A DNA stretch of 62,847 bases, the filler included, from Platydemus manokwari (lineage: Eukaryota), in NCBI GenBank assembly GCA_037951405.1. It is 6 parts of 6 records of this genome, joined end to end, with 100 filler letters (N's around TTAATTAATTAA, not from the genome) between each part and the next. Parts side by side here need not be neighbours in the genome. Positions count along the whole stretch, not along the records: positions 31,508 to 40,381 come from JBBMOY011336206.1; positions 40,482 to 49,394 come from JBBMOY011330872.1; positions 49,495 to 62,847 come from JBBMOY011752507.1; 3 more parts are not named here. One strand, 5' to 3'. Shown piece by piece: positions 38,431-52,745 of the stretch. A program made the position numbers and the translations under genes. The notes beneath the pieces are model-generated. The model saw only the letters and a program-made list of their open reading frames with translations. It was not told the DNA's origin and ran no database searches. Numbering within the stretch: the stretch's first letter is position 1; each line of letters starts with the position of its first letter.

Positions 38431-40381
38431 CTGAACAAAAAATAACACATTTCAATGAAGAAAATCTCAATGAAATATTTAAATAGAATAGTTAAATCCA
38501 ACAAAATTAAAGAAATTATCACAGGAAAATGTCTTCAAAATTTTCTGATTTAAAGCGATAAATTTCTAAATTATTGAATAAACGAAAAATTTTTCAAGGT
38601 GATTTTTTTATGATAATATTTTTTTACATAATCTATTTTAAAATTTTAATTGATATTAATGTTTTAATGATTGTAATTATTGTGAAAAATATGCTTCTAT
38701 GAAACTAACATGTAATCATGACAGGTAGCTCTACCGCCAGTAAGATAGGTGATAGTGAATAAAATGACCAAGTAGCAAAAGATTAAATGGTTAATTTGAT
38801 GTTATATCTTATAATGATGAGTAGAAAATGAGTAGGAAACCATTTGGATACCATGTAATCATCGAACTGTCTCATAATCTACTACAACTCTAAATATTCT
38901 TTAGTCGTACACCAGTAATATCAACTTTAGATCTGTTGTACTAAACGTGAAGAAAAACAACATTGATAAATCTCAAATAGATCTCTCAATAAGTTTAGTC
39001 TTTGATCAAGAAACCTATAATGTTTTTATTATTTAGATAGGAAATTTTAATATATACAATATTATTGTTGAATTCTCAGAATCATGTTAGGTAAAAGAGA
39101 GGGCATAAAAGTATAAATGAAAGATGAAATGATATATCATTGCATTACAATAAATAATTTGCACAGAATATTGGAACATCACAATCATTCGCATCTTCCA
39201 TATCACAATAGACAAAGGAAATGAACAATAACAAAATGGTATGCAGGACATCGAGAAAAAATTAACAAAATCTATGGCTAAAACAAAAAGCTTGTGTATG
39301 TTGATGAAAGTTGAAAGAATTCTGAATCAAGATTTCAAAAATGTAGTTCTAAAATCGAAAAGCAATCACAATAAACCCCTGATTTTCAAATCACATTTAT
39401 AAGTTCAATATGAATTCTGGTACAGAAGAAATATCAACAAGTATCCCCAATTAACACAATACTGTATTCCATTCTATATATATATACATATAAATAAAAC
39501 TTCATTCATATCAAATGTAACCACTCAGTCTCCTCGCTAACTGTTAATTTGGTGCAGACATTTCCGTTTGTTTGCTACTTTAATAAATGACTTCCACGAT
39601 TAAAGACCAAATTTTTCATCTCATTTCTATCACCTTTCCATCAATTGCACACACCCCCACGCACACACTTGCGGACACATTTGCAAATATTTTTAATCAG
39701 TTTTAGTCAGAAAACAAAAGGACGAAACAATAACGACATAATTGAAAATTAAAAACCAATAAATCCACATCAATTGATGATACAAAACTAAAACAATGGT
39801 GTAAATTAAACAATAATTTTACATCGGTTGACAAAGCTATTATTAAAAACAAATTGCTTTTCATTTAAAAATATTAATCAAGGATTAGTGGAAAAAAATA
39901 AATTAAAATCAAGAAATTTAGAAATATTAAGCAAAAAAAATCAATCATATTATGTTATTGGAATTTAATCAATAGAAATTGCATTGAAATAGTGCTTCAA
40001 AAATTCCACCAAAAATTGTCCGCAATTCGTTACAAGATTAAAATTAAATTTCTAAAAAATTCATACTATTTATAAATATGTCATGAAAAATATTCAATAT
40101 TCTATAATAAAATTAGAAAAATTAATATGATAATTTCCATTGTAAACCCGAGCTACCATATCTATAAATTAACACTTGTTGAAGACAATTTACAATATCA
40201 CAATTTACTGATATAATCCATTTAATTTATAAAGAATTCTATTTTTATAAGAATCTAATCTAGGCACATTCTACTCATTTAATATTCAAAATCAAAATGA
40301 ATAACTCAACCGACATTGACTTGTATGGAAATTTCTAAGAGAAAATGACGACAATTACAATATTTATTGAAGTCAAATATT

Positions 40382-40481
40382 NNNNNNNNNNNNNNNNNNN
40401 NNNNNNNNNNNNNNNNNNNNNNNNNTTAATTAATTAANNNNNNNNNNNNNNNNNNNNNNNNNNNNNNNNNNNNNNNNNNNN
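40382..40481. other. Artificial contig spacer
   Basis: 44 N + TTAATTAATTAA + 44 N. Confidence 0.97.
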
Positions 40482-42523
40482 AATATCCTATTAATTTTTC
40501 ATTAGATACTCGACTATAGTAAATATTTAGTTAAATATTCGACAAGTATTATGCGTGACCATCTAATTGTAATTGCATGAAATATTTGCTCCAAACATTT
40601 TTGTAATATTTATTAATATAATCTTACCAAATCACTCTTCACTAAGTTCGGATAATATACTACTGCATAATACAATATATTTATTTATGTTGAGTATCTT
40701 TATCTGTTATATGTGTCATTTGATATATTATATTATTAATTTAGTGGATTCTTTAGATTTGATCCATCATAGATAAATTGTCAATAGTAGTTACCAGTTC
40801 ACTTTTTTATGAATTTCTAAATTAATACAACTACTGAGCGGTATAAAAATAACAATGAGTGAAATAGGAAACAGTTTCACTTCTTGTGCGAAACATTAAT
40901 GACTGCAAAACCACTAAAATGTTATCCTAACTATGAAAGTTTCCCTGTAACATTATTAATTATCAAAGGTGATGAGAGCTAACAGCGATATGATAATAAT
41001 AATAATAATAATATTTATTAATAATGAAAAACAATAGCAGATTACTAACCAAAAGACCTATTTGTAAACAGCAAGAGTCATTTACCAATACCAACACTTT
41101 ATTAGGAAGGTGGAATATAAGTATCAACCCTTACAATCATAAAACAGCTATTGAATATTACTAAAGCCTTCGATGTAGTTTGTTATTCTAGTAATATAAA
41201 TTTATTTTGTTGCATCTTTCGATGTTTCTGCCTTATTTATCAAATCTATTAACATTAGTTTCCTCGTAGAATTATCCACTTTAAAATCATTAATGTCCAG
41301 AAATTCAGAGAAATTTATCTATAAAGTAATTTAGGTTATTAAAATATCTTCTTTTAATTCAATAACCACTTGGGTGGCTATAATTCCAATTTCATGGTGG
41401 TTTCTTAAGCTATTGATGTTCTTGTTCAACTACTTTTGTAATGCGATGTTATGTTTTATTGTGGACACGTTATATTGAAAGACACTTTTTAATCAATTTA
41501 TCTTTTTCGATTTTGTCTTTAGTCATTTATTTATCAATTTATATATCTTATTATTTCTTTATTTCAATATTTTATTATGTACTACATTCACTTTTAATAG
41601 TTTTGCAATAAATCATCACAATAAATATGTTGTTAAATAAAATATTATTGCTTAATATAAATTCTAAAAATTTGTTAATTTATTAGTTTTGTTTAATATT
41701 AACGACTAAAATAAACACAAATTATTTCGAATACTATTTTTCCAAACGTATAATAAAAGAATAAATTTGGGATTAAAAGATGAACACATAATATTTGAAA
41801 GAACAAAAATTATAAAAAATTATCATTTTTGTTTATCATAAGCATTATTATGAAGTTATTGTAAGGATTGTTTTCGTTGTCGATTTGATTGTGATTATAA
41901 ATATCAACATTAGGAATTAATTTATCGGATTTAATGCAGATTATTTTACGGATTTAATATTACGACTGATTGATGTGGCGATTAATTTAATGATTTAAAA
42001 TTGGTAGAATGGTTTAGCTAAGAGATTGATTTGGGATTTAAAGATTTGATAATGATTGAGAAATTGATTTGATTTATATAAATACCAACAGCAATTTTCA
42101 TAAAGTTGAATATGATCATTTGAATTTATCAAAAAAAATTCGTACTTAAAGAGATTTTGAAAAAACGAATTAATATTTATAAACGATTTGAATTGATTAT
42201 TATTATAGAATGTATAGAAAACGAATCAGTTCCAGGCACTGCTCAGAAACCGAAACGAGATAAACGAAACAGATTGATTACCTAAATATCAAAGGTCTGT
42301 AACAAAATAAAAACTTTGTTCGAAACAATTGTTTGAGTTTCTTTAATAAATTGGTCATTACTCAAACTAACCGAACGTTTTTAAAAAATTTTCTTGAATT
42401 TCATTTACTCACAAATATAATCTGTTAATATTTTGTCACTTGATGAGACAATGTGAGAGAATTTCAAGATGTATGTATGTTATGAGTTTCGAGTGTTTTT
42501 CAAATGTTTTCAATAAAAAACTG

Positions 42524-43132
42524 GACTTAAGTTAAGAAAAGGGATCCTTTGACCTACTTTCTTAATAATAAATTATCGCGCATGAGATAATTTCATAACA
42601 TATCTTTATATATAATTGCGATATTTCATTTATTCGTATAATTCCGTTAATATCTCACTTTTTAAGATGTCTAATAGGGGCAAAACATAGCTTTAAAATC
42701 AAGTTCTTATTCTGATCACAACACTTCTATATAATTATTTGAGTTTTTCAATTTAAAATTTTTAATTATAAATCAAGTTAGTTACCTACAAACATGTTTA
42801 ATAATAGCATTGCTTATTTTTATAAAATAATTGTAAATATTTAGAATATCTCTCAATTTGTTTCTAATGTTAAAAAGGGGTTCGTTTATTTTCAATAAAT
42901 TGCAATCCGACTCATTTTGATCTCTTTTTCAAAAAACAAATTTGAATTGACTTAAAAGCTCTAATGTATTTAATATTTGATTTCAAACAACTAAAATTCT
43001 TCAAGAGTACTTAAATAAAATATTATAAAATATATTTTTAAAGAATATGATTAAATAATCTATATAGATTTCTGCAATACTCTCAGCAAAATTTAAAAAA
43101 ATATTTTAGGACCCTTTTATGTAACTTTAGAC
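42524..43132 (+). mobile_element. Full-length 609-bp MITE with about 25-bp TIRs and 8-bp TSD (Merlin-like), copy 1
   Basis: Left TIR gacttaagttaagaaaagggatcct; right TIR (reverse complement) gtctaaagttacataaaagggtcct. Perfect TSD aaaaactg at 42516-42523 and 43133-43140. Two more copies in the window. Confidence 0.85.
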
Positions 43133-44299
43133 AAAAACTGATTATCGATAACTATTGATAGATAAAAAAAAACCATAACAAATAACATGAAATCCTAACG
43201 ATTAAAAAAATCCAATACAAATAAGTTAGAATATACTCTTATTATACTTCCCTGTATGATTAAAGGTTTTGAAGGTTAAATGAATCAGACACTAGCAATC
43301 GATTAACCTTTTAATAAATGTAGTTAAGAAGAAGTAATTATAAGAAAAATATTTATAACTATATTGGTTCAAGGATATTAAGGAGTAAGATTTAGCCTGA
43401 TGTGATATCGATATTTTGAATTATATTTGGAATATATTACCAATAATAATTTTATATTTTCGATTTTAATTTCTCTTTGTGATTTATATCAATTTGTCAT
43501 GGAAATCGGTATTTGATTATTCTTCGTCACTCCACTGTCTCCGAAATTGTGCCTTCGTTTCCTCATGATTCTCGCATTACTTCCTGTTGGAAATTCTTAT
43601 CTTCAGTTCATCTTGCTTCTCGGGGCTTTTATCTATCCAGATTGTGTACGATTCTTTTACCATTATTCTCAGTTTAACTCTGTGATATATTATTTATGTT
43701 TGGAATTGATTTTGAATACAAACTAATCTCAACCAAAAATACATTTGCCTTGTAATAGTAGCTATATAATATTTTATGAAGTTTACCGGTATATACCAGA
43801 AAATTGTACAAATAAATGGGCTCAATGAGTATTAAAAGCATTTCTCATGTTAAGTGCAGTTAGATTATGAATACGGATAATGTAGAATTTAATTGGATTC
43901 TTCAAATATTGAAGCGCGATTTCGAATTTTATGCCGTCAATTTTTATAGTTTGGTATCACATATTTTCTAAAATATATCATACATGAAATCGAGAACTCA
44001 AGCAAATTTTGATTAACAAATGAAACATTGAAGTGTTAAAAATTACAAATTTGATCAAATTCGATATTAGCAGAAAATTTAAGCATCTCGAAGCATCAAT
44101 AAGAAAATATTAAAAAAATGTTTTCCTAACAGTCAAGTAATAAGAACAATTATAGCAAAAATGTTTAAATGTGTTTTGCCATATAATCGATTATTATTCG
44201 TAGCATAACGAATAACTAATTATGTGCCTAAAATGAGTAACAATCAATAATGTAATCAAATAACGATAACAAAAATAAATCCAAACATACCAACACAAT

Positions 44300-45250
44300 T
44301 GGTAAATAATATTGATTATAAATGGGCTAATTACAAATAAAATCAATATTGACACACGTCACTGAAGAACAAAAGTAGTATCTAGAGAATAATATTAGAA
44401 GCTTCCAGATATGTTATATATCAAGAATTAAGTTATTGAAGTATAAAATCAATGGTTGATTGTTGCAATGTGTATACTAAGAATGACGAAATAGAGTTGT
44501 TTGTCATTTCAAGAAAGAAGGCAAATAAGTAAAAATGGAACCAGTTTTTAATCGCTAAACGATAAAGTTAAAATAGAGATATATATTCTAGAAGGTTTTG
44601 AAGAATTTTTAGGAACATAATGATTTACATGAGACAAGAACGAGTCATTGGAAAAATAGTAGACCTTGTATTACAAGGAGATGAGATCAATATAAACTAG
44701 AAAATCAGTTGATACCAGAACATTTCCATAAAGAAGCTATGACATTCCATCATGGATAGGTATCCATAGGGATCTCGTTTAATATTATAGTAATAAAAGT
44801 AGTAATGAATCAGTTCACAGCAACATATGACCTAGTGATAAGATGTTCTCAAATATTACCATGTATTCAATTCATTGCTAAATTTATGCTAATAGAGAAA
44901 CAGCATACTCTAGTCAATAAATTAAACGAACAGATAAAAATAAAAAAGGGATAATGGATCCCAGAAACCACGATCTCTTCAAAAGCAAATCGACAAGATA
45001 TAAGCGTTATCAAAAATCAAGAATATGGGATATAACTTACTCCATTCAGTGGTGGTTACTCGAAAGATTAACAAAGCTATTTATACATACAAAACATGAT
45101 ACGAATGTGATTTGAAACACTATATTCAAAAGAGAAAATCACCATATTAGAGAATAAATATAAGAAACCACACCCATTGAAGAATATAAATATAAAAGGC
45201 ATTTTTGATGATGAGTGGTTAAAGACTGGGTTTCTTCTGATTATTTTCGT
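44300..45250 (+). mobile_element. Decayed Ty3/Gypsy-type integrase region
   Basis: Ordered broken motifs: D-K-M-F-S (about 44837), DNGSQ (44950), EYGI (45021) and TPFSGG/LLERL (45038-45070). Order and spacing fit the DDE core VID.FS ... SDNG.QF ... GI ... Y.P..NG..ER. Many stops and frameshifts. Confidence 0.45.
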
Positions 45251-48200
45251 TCCTAAGAAATAACCGTGTAAAATCGCATCAAAAAATATTAACTGTGCAT
45301 TATTGATGTAAATATGAATTCAACAATTAAACTGTAAATGCAAATTACGAATAAATATTGAAAGTGAAATTTACAAGAGCTGGATATTGTGCAAATATGA
45401 GTTGATTATCAAATGATAATGTTATAATTAATAATTACATTGTCGCAATAATATTCTTCCACCAAGACTATGCACAAATCTACTGTTTGGGGAGCATAAA
45501 AACAATGTCGCAGTCTGAAAAATGGTTGGGAAGAATTAAAGCTGGAGGATAATATCTGATGTATCGTTAAACTTCAAGACTCGTGGAAATGAATTGGAGA
45601 TTGTATTAATCCATAAGCCAGCACCATTGTGAATCAGATCGATCAATAAGTACCGTGTCTCAAAATACCGTGGTAGTCATGAATTCTTAGTAACTAATCC
45701 CCTCAAACGACTGCTATGATTTCCAGAAAAAAACATACCTCTTAGATTTGTAGAGTCCCTATAATGAGTGTCTTATTATGTTACCTGTTTTGAGCACCAT
45801 CAAAATTATCGACCAAATGCGCAATTATTCATAGTTAAATTTTATTGCTTCTGATTTTAATTTTCTTTGTTTGATTACATTTAAATTACGAAGTAGATTG
45901 AAATTTAATTCAAATAAAATTTAATTTTCTACAAGTGCTTGTAAGTTTGATGAGTCTGTATTGCCCCCAATATTCACCATCTTATCCTGGAGTTTCTAAT
46001 AGAAGGACTGTCATCTTTTTTGAAAGTCAATTTCAGCTTTTCGTGTTTGTTTAAAAGTTTTGATAATTACAAAAAAAATATTCTCATTTAAAGCTTGTAA
46101 TTACTCAATACATAAACCAATCAAGTGACAGAACAATTTGCTAGATTTATCAAATTAAATATCAAATTTGAAGTATTTTGCACCAAAATTTATAAATTCA
46201 TATGGAATTATCTTTACGGAACTGGTTTATTCATGTATATCCGATCCATATTAATTTCTTTCATCATACGCATTTCCTGAACTCAACAGTTACATTACAG
46301 GTGTAACTTCAGTGAATGTTATTGGTAAAAAACATGTTGTTGAGCACAATATTTCCTATAACAAAATTATTGAAAAAAGAAACCTAAAAATCCATAAACA
46401 CATTTATAACAAAATCACAGATCATATTTCTTTACAATTACAGTTAATGTAATTTATGAAGCATATGAGATTATGTTAATGTTATACTTTATTAGAAATA
46501 TTTTTATTACAATTATTTGAGAATTTTTCTTGACTCATCGTACAATGGCCCTCAGATACATTTTAGACACCCAACCAGAGTATAATTATTCGAAAAATTC
46601 CAATACTGCAATACATTGTCGCACATGATTTCATACATTAAAATATTTTTCTTTAAGGTGTAATCAATGGAAAAGTATGCCAAGTGAGTCAAATGCAAAC
46701 TGATCACACACTTTTGTCAAACATACACTTATATCCGTATGTTTACACAAATAAACGATCTGTTTATCTCCGTTAGACTGGAAAGAATAAAGAATGCAAC
46801 AAGACTAATTCGAGTGATAAATTCTACCCGATGGTAATATATCATAAAAATCTCAATTGAATTATTTTAAGCAAAGATATTACTACTTGTATTGCTCAAG
46901 ATAAATTGAAAAACTAACTTCATCATATAGAGTTTATTCAATACATAAATAACATTCTTATTATAATAAACATGAGTTTATTAAAGAAATTGTAGGCTAT
47001 ATATGGCTATATAATAGTATCTACGAATTAAATGGAAGCTAGATATGGCCGAAAATGACAAAATGAAAATCTTTAATTTTTAAAATTGATTTCACTGGAA
47101 CAAAATTAATGAAATATTTGAGATCAATCACAAGTTATTTAAATTTAAAAGAAATTTATCATATTATCCATGGAACAACTACTGACAAAAGTTGTTAGCT
47201 TTAATGATATCATTGACGATTTAAGCAAAATTAACATTAGGCTATACAATTATAAAAACCGATACAGAAATTATCTGGATTAAAAATTATTAGTCACTTT
47301 TATTTTTAACTTCAAACATCATGGTAGATTACTGTATCGGTTTGTTTAAAAATAAATCATTGCCAGAAATTATTCAATTCTTTTTGTAGATTTTAATTTT
47401 ATTATCTATGGAAATATTATACGGATTAAAATTCAAAATCTGAGTAGTCTTCAAAGGGGCACGAACTCCAATTGATTGCACTGGTTAAAAAATCATTTAC
47501 GATTGTCATGTCATTTTGATGAAAATTATTTATAAAACTAAGTTTTTTAAACACGTTCATAAATATTTTTTATGAAAATAAACAATAATAATTGTACTCA
47601 TTGAAACTCATCGATTTATTTTGAAAATGACAAAAATTTTTTCCATTTGTTCTAAAATACAATAAATTTTGACATTAAATCATTTCGAAAACTTTTGCTG
47701 TTTTGTTTTTAAAGTTTTGTCAGTAAAAAACAAATTCTATTAACGAAAAATTCAACCAAATACCACAATATCGGTCTTTATTGTTCTATCGGTTGTTTGA
47801 AAGCGAAATTATTATTGTTTAAATATAAGTCTTCGTATTTATAGTTATTTTCTCATCAAATACCAAGTGTATTTCTATTAATACTAAACTAATTGATAAA
47901 TTTTAAGCCTTAGTAAATATCAACTGTGAAGCGATATTTTTCTTTATTTTATTTCTGATATTATTCAAGTGTTTTCTGAATGAATAACTCAATTGATATC
48001 TGTGAAACTTTGATAGTAGCGCTTATTGATAATGGCACTATATCTATTTTTGTTAGAGATGACATTTAGAAGAAGGCAAGCAGAGAACTTCACAGATTTA
48101 ATTATGTAAAACATAACAATTTAAATAATGCAAAAATAATTTGTATATCAACAATCTACGCCATTGTAATTTTTCTACAAGCACTTAGATGCGGTGTGAT

Positions 48201-49394
48201 AATAAAGTTGATAAATTGATCTGTAATTTTGTGAATAATACTTGAATAGGGTGATTTTATTATAAGACTTATTCTCTTAAATAATTTATAAACCACAACT
48301 AGAACTGATTTAAGTTCACGTATTTCCATGATTTATAACTTGGTGAGTTAAAATGATATATAATATTAGAAAAATATCTTTTATTAGTTAAAGATGCTTT
48401 TGCACAATTCTCATTATGATTCTTCTTCCATACTAAATTTTAGAACAAGATATTTGGCCATCTGTATAAGAAAATCTTGCGTATTGTCTTATCATAATAA
48501 TAACTCAACAATAAAGGAGCAAATTATAAAAGTGTTATTCATTTAATTGTAAATTCAACTTAAAAAAATAATCTAATAACGCTTTGATGTGCTGTTTACT
48601 CATTTCATGAACTTGTTAAGTCCAAATTCGAGCATCGCTAATATGTTGATTTGATATCATGAGAAGTTTAGAATACCACTTCATGAGAAAGTTTACTAGC
48701 TAACGTTCGTTTTTCATAAATCCACCAGTATCGGAGAAACGTGTCATCATTGTAATTTAATTACACGTGTATATGTAATTTATTCGGTAAATTTTAGTTA
48801 GATTTATTAAATTAATTTAATTATATAAGTAAGATAGCATTCAAATAAACATGGTTCAGGATTGTTATTGGGAGGAGAATAAAATAAAATTTTAAAAATT
48901 TAATTTAAAATATCAACTGTATTATCAAAAATAAAATGAATTTCTGAAGATGAAACTAAAAAATTCAGTGTGCCAATTTTCGATATGAGAGTTTGATAAT
49001 TATCATAACAATGTGATAAACAATGTTGAAAAAATGAACTATTATTCAATTTATTTTTAAAATTTAACATTATGCAATTGGTTGTATCGCGATTCATTCT
49101 AAAATGCAACGTGAATAATTTATCTTGCAAAAATTGATTATCGAGTAATTCAATCTTAGAAATGAATATATAATAAAAGTAATAGATTGGAATAGGATTT
49201 ACATATATTAATAAAATGAATTATATAATCCGAATATTAAGCTTACTCTCAATTATTTGACTGTGTGCTTTTGAAGTTAAATTAGGGTAAATATGTAAAA
49301 GCGCAAATAATCATGTTACCATTGGGCTAGAGTTTACAAAATATATTTTCATTTATTTTATATGAGTTGTACGAAATATATTAGGAATGTTTAT

Positions 49395-49494
49395 NNNNNN
49401 NNNNNNNNNNNNNNNNNNNNNNNNNNNNNNNNNNNNNNTTAATTAATTAANNNNNNNNNNNNNNNNNNNNNNNNNNNNNNNNNNNNNNNNNNNN
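49395..49494. other. Artificial contig spacer
   Basis: 44 N + TTAATTAATTAA + 44 N. Confidence 0.97.
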
Positions 49495-49874
49495 TTTAAA
49501 TTTTTATAATTATAAATCGAGTTAGTTAATTACAGACATGTTTAATAATATCATTGGTTATTTTTATAAAACAATTGTCAAAATTGAGAATATCTTTCAA
49601 TTTGCTTCTAATGTTAAAAAAATGGGTCCTCGCTAATTTTCAATAAATTGTAACTCAACCTACTTTGATCCGTTTTTCAAATAATGAAATTTTAAGAGAT
49701 TTTTAAGCTCTAAAATATTTAATATTTGATTTCAAACAACTAAAATTCTTCTTAAGAAATTAAATCAAAAAATTCAAAATGTTTTTAAAGAATATAATTA
49801 ATAAACTATATCGATTTTGCAATACACTCAACAAATTTAAAACTTAATTTTAAGATCCTTTATTAACTTTAGCA
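49495..49874 (+). mobile_element. Merlin-like MITE copy 2, 5'-truncated by the contig start
   Basis: Colinear with about 42752-43132 (ttataaatc.agttagtta, catgtttaataat, tctaatgttaaaaa, atttaatatttgatttcaaacaactaaaattctt). Ends in the TIR gatcctttattaactttagc. Confidence 0.85.
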
Positions 49875-52675
49875 GATTATTTGTTATCCATAATTTTCGA
49901 TATGAAAAAATCGATTAAAATAATTAAGATATTATGTAAAATATTTTTTCAACCAATATAAAGTCACATTTGAGAGAGCTAGCATAGAAATCATAGAGTG
50001 TAACTTTAGAAACAGATTCTGAAACGTTGAACTGATCTAATAATTAGAAAAAATAAATCATTTGTTATCCTATTAAACGATAGCAACCGATAGCGATAAC
50101 AATATTATTCAAAGGTCAAACTCCATTGATGCGAAGGCAATAAACAAACACAAATTCGACAAAAATAATATTTCAACATAAGTTTATAATAAAATCACAA
50201 CAGTTCATTAAAACAATTCGATAATTGCCATTGAAACTTAATTTAATTAACATAATTTGTTATATCGTGTTCCCTTAAAATCAACGAATGAAAAATTAAG
50301 ATTTCACAATTTCATTGATCCATCACTGGATTATTATTTCTTTCCAAATATTGAAAACTTGACGGCATTCAGAATCCAAAATCCGACCACATGTTTTGCC
50401 TCGTGCTTGATGAACAATCATCCATCATCAAATCTGTCTAATATTTTTCATTTATAGATTTAAATCTGTTTATCAATAATTTAATTCAATAAAAACAAAA
50501 TATGGGATTAATATTAATTTGTTTTATTTCGAGTTCCTGTAAATCAAACAATTAAAACAATTTTCAATTCAATAAAACAAACAAACATCAATCAGATAAT
50601 TAATTAATAAAACTCTTTATTAAAACAAAGATTTGAAAAGAATCGAATGAGAGAAATAGGCAAAAAATTCATTTTTTGAAGCCAAAAGGGAATAACGCAA
50701 AACGATTTGGTAAATTAATTATTTTTCTCAAAAAAATTATTTTTATTAGTGAAAGAAATTTATTCGATTAATTAAGAAAAAACAACAAAAAAATAAGACC
50801 AAAATATTCGTTAAAACAAAAATGGTTATTTTTAAAAAAAGAATCATTACTACACAAGGATTCCAAACGAGAGCGATTGAAAATGCCATTGATCGATGAA
50901 TACTGATAACACAAATATTTGTTTACGGAACTTTAACAGCAATTAATGCAAATCATGATTTATTTCTTTCGGTTGCATTAGTAGATGTGAAGTGCGCACG
51001 ATTTGTCGCTGAATCGAGGCCATTGAAAAATATTAGTGTACCTCGATATTTTCGAATTCCTTCTGGTATTACCACGACAACATCGCTTTAAGATATCAAT
51101 GGAAAGATTATTTTTCTGGTAAACGAATTGTGACAGCCAGTGAAAAATCACTTGATGTCTAAATTCTTTTTTCAATGACGATTTTCATTTCGGTAATGGA
51201 TACAGTTGTTATCGTTCAGTGTTTTGGCAGAATTAAATATTTTTGTTTCATTAATTGTATTGCGGTAATTAATTGGAATTTCGGTTATAATTGCTAATTA
51301 ACGAACACAGGAATTGGTGAAATATTATCGTTAAAATAAACACCACAGAAAAGGAACACCACAATACAATATATTCAATAAATGATTTGATAATTACTTG
51401 GAGATCGATATCATTTATAATTCATATTGTGGAATTCAGTCAAAAAAATTTTTTTTTATCCAAACACGTTAGCAATGCTATGAAATGGAAAATTAATTTT
51501 GCAACCAATTTTACAATTAAATTATTCTGAATTATGTATGAATGATAATTCCGTGTCTGCCTCCCAGTAAGAATGCAGGTGGAAAAAATATCAAAACATG
51601 CTTGTTAATGATTCTCAGTGTCACCAGATATAATTGTTTTTAAACCAATGAAATCACGTGGTGCATAACATACATTATATATAGGTCAATAATTACTTTG
51701 GAAACTGTAGACCTTAAAATTGACCTTTATTAAATATTTATGAAGTTTGATTTCTTTCGACGGTAATATTATATCAATATTCTCTCCCGCTTCTGAAGTC
51801 AAATCGAAAGCTGTCCATCTGACTACTAAGTTGACTCGTAAACCACAAGCCTTCAAGTGCAAATCGAAAACTAAGAAACTATCAAACAAAACACATTTTA
51901 TAACTGATATGTCAGCGTAAATTGAAAAATAAAATAGAAAGAATATCCATTGTGTGGAGATGTGACAAACATATGCCTCGTGGATAACAGAATTTATGAA
52001 AACAATACTGTTACCATTAGATGTATATGTTGTGTCAATTGAATTATAATTCATGGCGGATTATTTGTTTCCAACATGGGCTTTCAACTGCCTTTACGAA
52101 ACCAAGTCAATGAGATGAAGAAATTGCCATTCGCTGAGTTATTGTTAAAAAAACAATTGAGTTTAAAATAAGGAAAATATATTTCATTTTTGAATGAAAT
52201 TATTTGTTGTAAAATTAGAAAACGAATAATACAAGTGTCCCTCCTATAACACGATAAATAGCTTTCTTTGGAAAAGGACGTGTTATGAGAAACCGTGTCA
52301 AACAACAGCTGATAACATAAAATATCTAAAATACTCCATTATACTAAACGAAGCACAACTTATTCACAAGAATCTAAATGTCGTGCAATATTAGGGATAA
52401 TTGTATGTTTCAATCGATAATAATGTAGCAAATCAATATGAATATTATTAATTAATATTCAAACCAGTCAGAACATCGGAACCGTCACAAATGAAAACAA
52501 ATATTCATTAAATTATTGCCGTATACTAAATCAACTGATTTTGTTTTCGATTTGATTTTTTTTTTCAATTTTTCCCATGGACATTTTTCAATGAACCAAA
52601 ATCATGTGATGAAATAAATCAAAAAGTGACAATATCCCTGGACGATTGGTAAATTTGTCACTGGAATTTATTCAA

Positions 52676-52678
<3 letters not shown>

Positions 52679-52745
<67 letters not shown>
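52679..52745. repeat. (AAT)n microsatellite
   Basis: About 22 nearly perfect AAT units. Confidence 0.92.

Noticed and set aside
41150-41400. EFLDIN...RK as a Penelope-like RT remnant
   Set aside because: Single short motif, not enough to call.
51686-52054. 122-aa minus-strand ORF
   Set aside because: No domain features, and the composition fits a chance ORF.
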